DNA of 64,000 nucleotides. Origin: Escherichia coli. Its GTDB lineage: Bacteria > Pseudomonadota > Gammaproteobacteria > Enterobacterales > Enterobacteriaceae. Every line of letters begins with the position of its first letter. The stretch's first letter is position 1. The notes under the pieces were generated by a model. That model was not told where the DNA came from, did no database searches, and was given only the letters and a program-made list of their open reading frames with translations. The position numbers were made by a program, and so were the translations under genes. This document shows positions 9,391 to 19,059 of this stretch, in pieces. Location: NCBI RefSeq assembly GCF_011045215.1, contig NZ_CP049202.1; one strand, 5' to 3'.

Positions 9391-12300
9391 TCAGTCTCCG
9401 CCCAGGGTTTTCTCTTTCTGCAGGTCACGAACCATATCCCGCTCCATCTGCTGCAGTCGCTCCTGCAGCAGATTTTCCCGGGCAACCTCCCGGACCGCTT
9501 CCCGCACCCGTTGTGGTTCACGCAGTACACTCTCCGGCAGCGCGGCTTCCCGTTCAGTTATGGCAGCCCGGTCACGCTCCTGCCCGGCAATCTCCCTGAC
9601 AGCCTGCTCTGTTTTGCCATCCGGCAGGTCAGGTTTGTTCTCTGCCATTTTACGGACAATTTCATCTGCGCGACGTTCCGTTTCACGGCGGATGGCCTCT
9701 TCAGCCTGCCGCTGTGCCAGTACCTCTGCCGTGACCGGTTCGCCATTTCCGGCCCCCGGCTGGACGCTGTTGTCCGGAATATCTCCCCACACGCGACCAC
9801 CGGTGATGGCACCGGGATTCCACGGGCGACCTTCACCGGCAATTCTCACCACCACACCGCTGTCAGGATTATCACGAGCAATCCGGACGCCATCCTGCAT
9901 GTTATCAGCCAGCAGACTCTCTCCGTTACGGCTGCCCTGCAGGGCCACGAACTGCGCATCTCCGCTGCCTTTCACCCGGCCTTCACCGCTGAATCCCCGC
10001 AGCCCGTTTCCGTCATCCGTAGTCAGTGGGTTCAGCCAGATACCGGCGGACTTGCCGTTACGGTCAAAAGCCGGCAGTGCCACATACGGCTGCGGATATT
10101 TGCGCCCCGGTGCAATAAACCGTGCAGGACTGTCTCCCCCGGCAAGTCCCGCCTGACGGAGAACGGCACGCCCTGCCGCCACGTCCCGCAGTTCCCGTGC
10201 CGTACTGAACAGTCGCTCTGCATTCATGACCTCCCGGTCAGCTTTCGGCTCCAGCACATCGTGGGCAGTCCCTTTCTGTACGGCATTGTTGATGGCATCC
10301 GTCCAGCCCTGACGGTCATCAGTGTACACCTGCACATGCTGCTTCATACGCGACAGGGCAACGTAGGCTGACTCAAAGCCGGCCATCTGTTTCCGGCCAC
10401 CTTCCGTGCCTTCAAGCGCGATGGCAAAGGTTTCACTCGCCCCCTGTGCACCGTGGGCAGTGATGGCATAGGCCAGGTCAATATGTTGTTCTGCCTGCTC
10501 CTGACCGGGGCGAATCACCCGGGTCTGCAGTCCGTCAGAAAGCGTGACACTGTCACCGGAAACCGCCGTCACCGTCCAGACGCTGTTGGCCACATAGCCG
10601 CGCTCCCGGTCACTCTTCGTGAAGCGCATCCGGTCACCGGTCCCCACCCGGATGGTGTCCGGGGTGTACAGTGTGACACCTTCAGCCACCGCCTCCCGGG
10701 GCGAAATCAGCCGCGTGTTACCTTCCGCATCCTGCAGGGTTATCAGCCCGTCACCCTTACTGATACCGGCAATCCGGTGATACACATTATCCACCAGGAC
10801 AAGTGCGTCCCGATGTGTCTCCCAGGTGGAGAGACGACGCAACTCCCCGTCGCGTATATTCGCTGTGTTCAGGACAGGCACCATGACCTGCTCTTTTCCC
10901 AGCTCACCGGCCTTTTCCCGTGCATCATGAATCATGCTGTTCAGTACGCGCCGGTCCTCATTCAGATGCGTGACAATCAGCGTCTGCTCCCGTGCTTCCG
11001 GCGTCCTGCCGGTATAATCGCGGACAATGGCTTCATACAGTGTCATGGGAATATCCGGAAAAGCCTCACCTTTCAGCATCGCCTTCTGCTGCGCTTCTGC
11101 CAGTTTCGCTTCCTGGCTGTGACTGAACTCCGTCACGGAGTGCTCCGGTACCCATGCGCCCTCCTGACGTGGCACCTGAGACGGTTTCACACTCTCAAGC
11201 CCGGACAGTGCCCTTTCCACATCCCGGTTAATCAGGCTGTATACCGCCTCCCGCAGCTCCGGCGTCTGACGCACAATCTCCTTCATGATGGCCACATCGG
11301 CAGCACTGCGCGTCTGCTGGAGACGGAAAGGCTGACCGGGCGCGATGGCCTGCAGCTGGTCCGTGTCACCACTGGCCACGGCACGACCACCACCGGCCGC
11401 AATCAGGGCGTATGCCCGTGCCATGTCGGTATTGCCCACCATTGAGCTCTCATCGAGCAGGAACAGCGTGTTGCTGAAATCCGGCGTTTCTCCGCTGCGC
11501 TGCTGCAGCTGCGTGTCATGCAGAAAGGACGCCAGTGTCTGTGCATCCACGCCAGCGCTGCGCATCTCCCCGACCGCACGGTGCGTGGGCCCCAGCCCCA
11601 CGACACGGGGACGCTCACTCTCCGGCAGCATGTTCACGGCTGACATCACCGCCCGGAACTGTGTGGTCTTACCCACACCGGCATAACCCTGCACCACCGT
11701 GAAGCGGTCAGAGGTTTCCAGTATCATGCGGGTGGCGGCACGTTGCCCCGACGTCAGTTTCTCCATAAGTTCGCCAGGTACTCTCTCCATCAGCGGCGTG
11801 ACAGCCTCCTTACCTTCGAGAATATGGCGAATAATGCTTTTTTCAGCCTCATATGACGCACGGGAAACCAGCAGGTCTGTGCCATAACCTTTTGCCACAT
11901 CCACATGCAGTAAATCACCGCGTTTTATCTGTGCATCGATTTCCCGCCCCAGGTCAGCAAAACTGGTTCCTTCTGCAGCAAACGACTTTGCCTCTGTCAG
12001 CAGGTCCACATGGCTGAAGGCCAGGTTTTTACTTTCCACCACCGGAAGGGCCAGATGAATGGCCTGCTGTGCCGGCGTGTGAAGTGCGGACTTCTGATGA
12101 CTGATAGCGGTTTCCAGCGATGTCTCACCGGCCCGCGCCTTTATCTGCTCAGAAACCACCGTAAAGGAGGGATGGCGGGCAAGTTTTTCCGCAGTACGGG
12201 TTTCATCCAGTGAGGAATACAGCCGGACATCACGACCGCTGCGGGCCAGACCGTTCAGGGTGGCGTTGTCCATTGCCATCTGTGTGACGGAGGCAAAAAC

Positions 12301-14661
12301 CTTCGCACTGTCGCTGACGGAATGCCCGGGCGTTTCCACCCAGCCGTTCTCCAGCTTCAGTGCCGTGAACGGTGAATCAGCCACAGGCAGGGTGGCCGGT
12401 TCAGCCCGCCCCGGCACAACAACCGTCATCGCATCTTCACTGACGGATGCCACCTGCAGGCGGTCACCGCCGGAGACGCGGAGTCCGGGGATTTGTCCCG
12501 TCACCCTCAGACGCTCGCCGTCTGCCACCGGCATTTTTTCCGGCCGGAACAGCGACCAGCTGCTGTCCAGAGAAGAAATACGCACCACCTGCGTTTCACC
12601 CTGCGCATCCCGCAGGGTCAGGCTGTGACTCTGCGCCGTCACCCGGTCTATCACATAGCGGTCATGACTGCGTGTCTCCGGGTTCCACTGCTCCATCACC
12701 ATCCCCGGGCGGTACATATCCCGCAGATAACGGCTCCGGCTGTCCAGCCAGACCGGTGACAGGGCGGTCATGGTTACTTCCGGGTGTCCGAGCACGCCCT
12801 GTGTTTTCAGCTCACTGCGAATGGCCTGTGTCAGTATGGCCTGTTCCCGTACCCCGCTGACCTGTGCCACGCTCTCTTCTCCGGCTTTCACGCTGGCCGC
12901 AAAATCTCCTGCCAGCCGGGCATAGCGGACATTACGGTCCGGTTCACTGATGATGGTGGCCGGTCGCTGTTCTCCCCCCAGCCAGCGATATGTGTTCACC
13001 CCGGCATCCTTCATGGCCATCAGCGCACTGCCTGTACCGGTTCGCTGCCCGCTGTCGGTTATCAGGACCTGTACGTTATGACGTGCGGCACCGTCCAGCA
13101 GGGTTAACGTCTCTTTCAGGGAGAGTTTTTCGCCCTGGTCAACGATAACAGTACTGCCCGGCGTGAAGGCCATGCCTTCCAGCAACTGACGACGTCCGGT
13201 TATCAGCTCACCGGACAGCCGTTCATCCTGCTTCAGGTTCATCTGCGAGCGACGGTCAGCAGCGATAATCTGCACTTCCCGCCCCTGCTCCCGGGCCATC
13301 ATGACCAGTTCAGCCACCCGCTCACGCTGCCCGGCTGCACCGCCCTGCCCGGACACAATGGCCAGCGACGGACGGTCCTGTGCCAGAACACTGACCGCAT
13401 CGCTGTAACCAGCCGTCCGGGGGACACTTTTCTCCGGATGTACGGTCACCCGGTTCTGTTTCATGATGTCACGACTGAGTGCCCGGACGGACAGCTCATC
13501 GAGCACATGAATTCCTGATGTGAACAGCCCCTTCTCACGGTCGAGGGGGATGAGTTGCTCACGACTGATGGCCTCATCGATACCGGCGCGTGCCCGTTCA
13601 ATCACACCATTTTCCGGCGGCAGTATACCGACCGTTCTGGCCAGCACGTCCGTATACGTGAACTGCACTTTTCGTTCACTTAATCCGGCAATGGCCTGTG
13701 TCACCGCCTGCTGCACATCCGGCCCCTCCAGTGAAACAGCCCCGGGCGCCTGCGTGCGGGTCTCTGCCCGTTGCTCCGCCGCGTCACGATACGCCCGGAT
13801 ATCGAACCCGGTTTCCTTCAGTGTCTGCATCCACTCGGTCATTTTGATTTCAGGATCGACGTGCTGTTTGGATTTTCGCGTATCCAGTGCTGCCACATCC
13901 CGGGATTTCAGCGAGGCGTCTTCCCCGACGGCCTCCCTGATAGCCTGCGAACGACTGGAAAAGGCCTCCACCGGTACGCCCGGCATCTCCCACATCCCGT
14001 GCTTACCGACCACTTCGGTTTCATAGCCCAGCGCCTCAACCTGCTCTTTCAGCTTTTCCCGGTAGAGTCTGCCAAAGGCAATCTGATTAGCGTACACATT
14101 CTCAATGAACCCTGTTTTTCCCACTTTGTCACTGCTCAGTGTCTTCCACTCGCCGTTATGCTGTGTAACATTGGCCACCACCGCATGCGTGTGTAACTGT
14201 GGTTCCTGATCGCGACTGGTGTCGTGATTAAAAAGCGCCATCACCAGATTACCGGTCAGCACCGTTTCTGACTGTCCGTCCGTCATAACCCGTGTGGAGG
14301 CCAGCGCCTCCACCTGACGGACAGCAAAATCCACGGCCTGGTTATGTGCATCAATAAGACGTTTATCACCGCCTAACATGGCCATCACGGAGACACTTTT
14401 GGGGGCGGAGAAGGTCAGGTCGTAGCCGGGACGATGCTTATTACTGCCATCCTGCATGCGGCTTAAATCCGCTCCGTCCGGCAGCCTGCCCTCCAGAAGA
14501 CGGGTAAAAACATCCTTATCGACACTGCCCTGCAGCCCCAGCTGTTCAGCCCCCCTGCCGGCCCAGCGTTCTCCCATGCTGCCCAGCACATAGTAATTAT
14601 CCTTGTCGGTATAATAGTTACCGGCACTTCCGGCCGATCTGACCTGCGCGATACTCATCAT
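9391..14661 (-). CDS. traI: TraI relaxase/helicase
   Basis: 1756-aa ORF, same length as F TraI; N-terminal relaxase region and P-loop helicase region. Confidence 0.95.
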   Translation of the reverse strand: MMSIAQVRSAGSAGNYYTDKDNYYVLGSMGERWAGRGAEQLGLQGSVDKDVFTRLLEGRLPDGADLSRMQDGSNKHRPGYDLTFSAPKSVSVMAMLGGDKRLIDAHNQAVDFAVRQVEALASTRVMTDGQSETVLTGNLVMALFNHDTSRDQEPQLHTHAVVANVTQHNGEWKTLSSDKVGKTGFIENVYANQIAFGRLYREKLKEQVEALGYETEVVGKHGMWEMPGVPVEAFSSRSQAIREAVGEDASLKSRDVAALDTRKSKQHVDPEIKMTEWMQTLKETGFDIRAYRDAAEQRAETRTQAPGAVSLEGPDVQQAVTQAIAGLSERKVQFTYTDVLARTVGILPPENGVIERARAGIDEAISREQLIPLDREKGLFTSGIHVLDELSVRALSRDIMKQNRVTVHPEKSVPRTAGYSDAVSVLAQDRPSLAIVSGQGGAAGQRERVAELVMMAREQGREVQIIAADRRSQMNLKQDERLSGELITGRRQLLEGMAFTPGSTVIVDQGEKLSLKETLTLLDGAARHNVQVLITDSGQRTGTGSALMAMKDAGVNTYRWLGGEQRPATIISEPDRNVRYARLAGDFAASVKAGEESVAQVSGVREQAILTQAIRSELKTQGVLGHPEVTMTALSPVWLDSRSRYLRDMYRPGMVMEQWNPETRSHDRYVIDRVTAQSHSLTLRDAQGETQVVRISSLDSSWSLFRPEKMPVADGERLRVTGQIPGLRVSGGDRLQVASVSEDAMTVVVPGRAEPATLPVADSPFTALKLENGWVETPGHSVSDSAKVFASVTQMAMDNATLNGLARSGRDVRLYSSLDETRTAEKLARHPSFTVVSEQIKARAGETSLETAISHQKSALHTPAQQAIHLALPVVESKNLAFSHVDLLTEAKSFAAEGTSFADLGREIDAQIKRGDLLHVDVAKGYGTDLLVSRASYEAEKSIIRHILEGKEAVTPLMERVPGELMEKLTSGQRAATRMILETSDRFTVVQGYAGVGKTTQFRAVMSAVNMLPESERPRVVGLGPTHRAVGEMRSAGVDAQTLASFLHDTQLQQRSGETPDFSNTLFLLDESSMVGNTDMARAYALIAAGGGRAVASGDTDQLQAIAPGQPFRLQQTRSAADVAIMKEIVRQTPELREAVYSLINRDVERALSGLESVKPSQVPRQEGAWVPEHSVTEFSHSQEAKLAEAQQKAMLKGEAFPDIPMTLYEAIVRDYTGRTPEAREQTLIVTHLNEDRRVLNSMIHDAREKAGELGKEQVMVPVLNTANIRDGELRRLSTWETHRDALVLVDNVYHRIAGISKGDGLITLQDAEGNTRLISPREAVAEGVTLYTPDTIRVGTGDRMRFTKSDRERGYVANSVWTVTAVSGDSVTLSDGLQTRVIRPGQEQAEQHIDLAYAITAHGAQGASETFAIALEGTEGGRKQMAGFESAYVALSRMKQHVQVYTDDRQGWTDAINNAVQKGTAHDVLEPKADREVMNAERLFSTARELRDVAAGRAVLRQAGLAGGDSPARFIAPGRKYPQPYVALPAFDRNGKSAGIWLNPLTTDDGNGLRGFSGEGRVKGSGDAQFVALQGSRNGESLLADNMQDGVRIARDNPDSGVVVRIAGEGRPWNPGAITGGRVWGDIPDNSVQPGAGNGEPVTAEVLAQRQAEEAIRRETERRADEIVRKMAENKPDLPDGKTEQAVREIAGQERDRAAITEREAALPESVLREPQRVREAVREVARENLLQERLQQMERDMVRDLQKEKTLGGD

Positions 14662-16814
14662 CAGAAATCATCTCCCGGCTCAACATCCTCCCCGCGCTCC
14701 CGGTGCACATTAATGTTCACCTCTTCACGACGCTGCATCTGCTGCTGGATGTCCGGATGATTTTCCTGTTGCCATGCCTCATAAGCGGCCATATCCACTA
14801 CTTCACCGGATTCACTGATCCCGGGTGGCAGTTGCTGTTCCATCTCTTCTTCCGGTTTCATTTTCAGCTCCTGCTCGATCCCCCCTGCCGGAACATTCAC
14901 ACCTGCATCTGACTTCTTATCATTGATGACAGAAGACACTGGCTGTTGTGGCTGTTCAGCCTGAACCACGTCTTCTCCGGAAACAACCTCCGGGACATCC
15001 GGTTCGAAGAGGCTGGCCATCTGGCGACCTTCTGCTTCTCTTGCGGCAAGCACGGCACTCAGGCGATTCTCCATTTCCGGATTGATTTCACGCGGAATAA
15101 ACTCCGGAGCAACCTTCGGACGTTCCTGATATTTCAGTGAGAGTTTTACTGCCGGATACGGTCCGGGCAGGGTGACATAACAGGTCAGATCCGGCAGAGA
15201 CTGAATGTCGGAATAACTGACCAGCGTCTGGCGCTCCATATCCTTACCGGTCGATACCCCGTCACGCACGGGATCAGCACCGTAGGAATACTGCTCGCTG
15301 GCTTTCAGGTGCTCTTTCTCACCAATTTCACCGGCAGCGAACTCTGCAATCTTATGGCTGGGAGAACGGAAAAAGGCACGGGTGTTCATGACGTCAAACA
15401 GCGTGGCAGCCGCTTTCTCACCGTAGATATCTTCCAGCTGGGCATAGGACTGGATACCAAATACATAGCAGCCACCAAACTTACGGGCTTCCGGCAGGAT
15501 CTCCACCAGGTCCGGCAGTTTGTGTAACGTGGGTAACTCATCACAGAAAAACCACACACGACGGCTACGGTTTTCTCCCATTGCCAGCAGACCACGAATG
15601 GCAATGGACAGCCACATGGAGATCACCGGCTTCAGGGAGGCATGGGTGTCGGCGTTCGACGAGATAAACAGCCAGCCGTTTTTCTGATCTTCCCGGACAC
15701 CACGCATCCAGTCACGGATGGTGAAGGGCTCACCGTTATGCTCAATCCCCTGCAGGTAACGGATGGCTTTCACGTAGTTGGTCAGCACAGCACGGATGGA
15801 AATCGCCGTTTTCTCGATTTTCTCTTCCACCAGGTTGGCCGCCGGTGAATTACGCAGGAAGGTACGCAGTTTTTCGATTTTGATGGAAAGCAGTGTGTCC
15901 ACCAGTTTGCTGTAACTGCGGTTGGGGTCATTACGCATCAGGTACGCCGCTTCCGCAAAAATGGTACGTCCTGAACCCTGCCAGAACGGGTCCTCTTTTG
16001 TGCCCATCGGGATCAGCGTGTTCGCGGTATTATCAAAATCCGGCTGTGTCAGGCACTCCTTCCACAAATCCCAGGCGGCACAGCGGGCATCCAGCGGATT
16101 CAGGATTTTATCGATGGAGGGATCATAGTAACTTTTAACAAATTCCCCTGAACGGTCATAAATCACCACCATATCTCCACGCTGACGGGCGTAGTTGGCC
16201 AGACGACGGATAACTTCCGACTTACCGGCCCCGACCGTGCCGTGCAGACAGAAGTTCTGGATTTCGGAATCCCGGATAATCGGCAGGTCGCCAATCCGTA
16301 TATCGGAGTCCTTGCCGTCTTTTTTCAGCATCCGGGCAACGTCTTTCGGGTTCTCCGTCAGCTGACGACCACCTGTGACTTCATTTTCGCTCTGTTGTTT
16401 ACCCTGACGCCCCAGAATCCAGGAGACAACAAAGAAGGTAATCAGGCAAATAACCAGTGCCACAACTGTGGCCAGAACGAATGCGGACCATAGCTGCTCT
16501 CCGCACCAGATCATATATTTATCATGCAGTACCTGAGCAGCATTCATCCGGAAGGTTTTGCCGTAATACTGGATCTCATATACCGGCTGGGACCTGATTA
16601 AATCCCGCATGCCTTCCAGCGTGGTACACCACCAGTAAATACAGCCGTTCACAAACGTCTGCCAGCTTATTTTTACCCATAAAACCAGACCAACGAGTAT
16701 CCAGAAAAAAATAAACAGGCAGTAAAGCATGATATTGGCGATCTGGCTGAACATGCGGATACGCATGGACGCAATCTGACCGCCCTGGGTCATATCCTTT
16801 GCGTTAAAACTCAT
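14661..16814 (-). CDS. traD: TraD type IV coupling protein
   Basis: 717 aa, N-terminal TM helices, Walker A (GTVGAGKS), Q/E-rich C-terminal tail. Confidence 0.95.
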   Translation of the reverse strand: MSFNAKDMTQGGQIASMRIRMFSQIANIMLYCLFIFFWILVGLVLWVKISWQTFVNGCIYWWCTTLEGMRDLIRSQPVYEIQYYGKTFRMNAAQVLHDKYMIWCGEQLWSAFVLATVVALVICLITFFVVSWILGRQGKQQSENEVTGGRQLTENPKDVARMLKKDGKDSDIRIGDLPIIRDSEIQNFCLHGTVGAGKSEVIRRLANYARQRGDMVVIYDRSGEFVKSYYDPSIDKILNPLDARCAAWDLWKECLTQPDFDNTANTLIPMGTKEDPFWQGSGRTIFAEAAYLMRNDPNRSYSKLVDTLLSIKIEKLRTFLRNSPAANLVEEKIEKTAISIRAVLTNYVKAIRYLQGIEHNGEPFTIRDWMRGVREDQKNGWLFISSNADTHASLKPVISMWLSIAIRGLLAMGENRSRRVWFFCDELPTLHKLPDLVEILPEARKFGGCYVFGIQSYAQLEDIYGEKAAATLFDVMNTRAFFRSPSHKIAEFAAGEIGEKEHLKASEQYSYGADPVRDGVSTGKDMERQTLVSYSDIQSLPDLTCYVTLPGPYPAVKLSLKYQERPKVAPEFIPREINPEMENRLSAVLAAREAEGRQMASLFEPDVPEVVSGEDVVQAEQPQQPVSSVINDKKSDAGVNVPAGGIEQELKMKPEEEMEQQLPPGISESGEVVDMAAYEAWQQENHPDIQQQMQRREEVNINVHRERGEDVEPGDDF

Positions 16815-16864
16815 GATGAAACTCCGGGAAAATCTGGAACAGAGCAGAAAAGGATGATGTGGGA

Positions 16865-17602
16865 TTAATTCACAGAAACAGACCAGGTGTACCCTGTATG
16901 CCGGTGGTGATAACCGCCTGCAGTCCTGCCGGAAGAGACCTTCTTTGTAACAATGTCAGTCAGGCGCAATACTTCAGACCAGTCACTCCCATGCGGAAAC
17001 TGGATCTGAATAAAAAGGCGTACCCGTTCACGATGATCCAGAACTGTGTCCGGTTCATAAAGCAGACCACTATCAGGAGAAACACGGGACGTTTTATTGA
17101 TGAGTTCGTATTTATCGGCATGAGACAGTGATGAAAGCGCCCAGGTAATATTTTCGCCCTGATGACCATCAATACGACTGTTCCCCGGCGTCCAGGCAAT
17201 TTCCTGCGCATTCGCCACGATGATCTGTCTCGATACTTCTGCCAGCTTTTTTGAAGTACAGAATACCGGTGCCAGCACACACAGGGACAAAAAATTGCAG
17301 CTGACCGCTTCCGGTTTAACCGGACTGCTCCCGGATTTTTCAGGAAAAGATATTTTTGTCAGTATTTCAGTTAATTCCTTATGCCTGAGAGAGTTAATAA
17401 AGTGCATGACAAGCATCATGAGAAACAATATAACAATAAGCCCTCCGATAACCACTAAAAGGTCAGTATCAATATTATTGTTGTACAGATAGTCTTTAGT
17501 GGTCGCTGTATTATCCTGTATCACCGGGGGGTATTCAGTTACAGGCTTCTCAGTAAATTGATTATTCTCACCAACATATTCAGCGATATTGTCTGATGTC
17601 AT
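16865..17602 (-). CDS. hypothetical single-TM protein encoded in the traT-traD gap
   Basis: 245 aa from ATG at 17602 with GGAG RBS; one hydrophobic helix ([21 protein letters not shown]). Confidence 0.6.
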   Translation of the reverse strand: MTSDNIAEYVGENNQFTEKPVTEYPPVIQDNTATTKDYLYNNNIDTDLLVVIGGLIVILFLMMLVMHFINSLRHKELTEILTKISFPEKSGSSPVKPEAVSCNFLSLCVLAPVFCTSKKLAEVSRQIIVANAQEIAWTPGNSRIDGHQGENITWALSSLSHADKYELINKTSRVSPDSGLLYEPDTVLDHRERVRLFIQIQFPHGSDWSEVLRLTDIVTKKVSSGRTAGGYHHRHTGYTWSVSVN

Positions 17603-17804
17603 AATGACTTTCTCCGGAAGCTTCCGGCTTCGCCGGCAACACTTCACGGTCGCACAAAGAATTTGCACAACCGCTCAGTGTTTTCATATTTATTTCGGAA
17701 ACGCCGGGGAGAAATAAAATTTATTTTATTTCTTTCCGGGGTTGGACAACGAGCAAAGCGAGGCGTCAGTCAGGAGGCCGGTCAGACCAGCCTCCTGAAG
17801 ATAA

Positions 17805-18536
17805 TCAGAGAATATTTGCGATTGATTTGGCCAGCTGGTCTTCGAGAACAGGCTTCGCCTCTTCAAATTTCAGGTTAACCTTGTTCGCACTGGAGACCAC
17901 ACGGGTCTGGTATTTATGCTGGTTACCTGTTTCAGTACTGGTCTGAATTTTCGCACCTGATGTGCCCTGACGCAGGGCGGCAACATTATCCGTTGTCACC
18001 GTTGCCTTAGTACGCTCTGCAATCTGCACATCCGTGATCATGGTATAGTTCACATCTTCCACCATCGCATCTGCAGCCATACCCACCAGACCGGCAGCAA
18101 GGCCCACACCGAGTGTGGCACCGGCAGAACTGGAATTATATCCGGTGATACCGGCACCTAACGCTGCACCAACTGCTGCGCCTTCATAACCACGGTTCAG
18201 CCATCCCTGAGACTCCCGCAGATCCATCTTATCGGCCTTCAGCACATTCGCCTGAATCCAGTAGTAGGCTTTATCCGGAGAAGTCACCACCTGATATCCT
18301 TTTGCTTTCACAGCATCAGCAATTTTGCCCTGCAGCCCACTCATGTCTTTATCAGACGTGTTTTTGATCTGCAGAAATACCGTGCGTTCGCTGGCGGGTT
18401 CAAGCCAGATGGTCTCACTCATCTGAGTCTTCACCTCAAGGTTACGCTTCTTGATTGCTGTGCTCATCGCACCACACCCTGAAAGGGCCAGAGTGGAACT
18501 GACCAGTGCAACCATCATTAGTTTTTTTGTTTTCAT
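17805..18536 (-). CDS. traT: TraT surface-exclusion lipoprotein
   Basis: 243 aa; lipobox LALSGC; strong match to F TraT. Confidence 0.9.
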   Translation of the reverse strand: MKTKKLMMVALVSSTLALSGCGAMSTAIKKRNLEVKTQMSETIWLEPASERTVFLQIKNTSDKDMSGLQGKIADAVKAKGYQVVTSPDKAYYWIQANVLKADKMDLRESQGWLNRGYEGAAVGAALGAGITGYNSSSAGATLGVGLAAGLVGMAADAMVEDVNYTMITDVQIAERTKATVTTDNVAALRQGTSGAKIQTSTETGNQHKYQTRVVSSANKVNLKFEEAKPVLEDQLAKSIANIL

Positions 18537-18549
18537 CCAAAATATCCTT

Positions 18550-19059
18550 TTAACTAACAGATTCTTTTTTGAACAGACCTATTACTGAGACTATTGCAGA
18601 GAGATTATAACGATTTATATCTATAGTATAAATAAAGGAAAAAATTACAAACAGAGTTATCGATAAAAAACCAAATAAGAACGTATGGGCGAAGGAAACT
18701 ATTGAAAAAACAATCACAAACAACAAGATATAAGTTTTGTTCTTATCATACATAAAAGATATAACTTTCGACTCATCTCTGAATTTTTTAGGGATAGCAA
18801 GATACAACATCATTCCATTAGTAATGGCAACAAAAAGGATAAACCCCATTACGCCACTAAAACATATATCAAATCCGGCATCTCGGATATCAACTTTATC
18901 TGCCAGCAAACGGAGAAATGTCGGCCATAATAAAATCCATAAAAATACATACCCCCCTGGCTTTATGACTTGTAATAATGGCGGAATATTAACACCCTCT
19001 ACAGAGAGTACATCCTTTAGTTTCTGTGTCTCCGTTTTTATATCATAGTGAGTAATCAT
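18550..19059 (-). CDS. traS: TraS-like entry-exclusion inner-membrane protein
   Basis: AT-rich, highly hydrophobic 169-aa ORF between traG and traT. Confidence 0.55.
   Translation of the reverse strand: MITHYDIKTETQKLKDVLSVEGVNIPPLLQVIKPGGYVFLWILLWPTFLRLLADKVDIRDAGFDICFSGVMGFILFVAITNGMMLYLAIPKKFRDESKVISFMYDKNKTYILLFVIVFSIVSFAHTFLFGFLSITLFVIFSFIYTIDINRYNLSAIVSVIGLFKKESVS

Noticed and set aside
9217-14196. Multiple long plus-strand ORFs (for example 9217..10371, 10453..11445, 13520..14026) inside traI
   Set aside because: They are antisense to a 1756-aa gene with unmistakable TraI similarity; GC-rich shadow ORFs.
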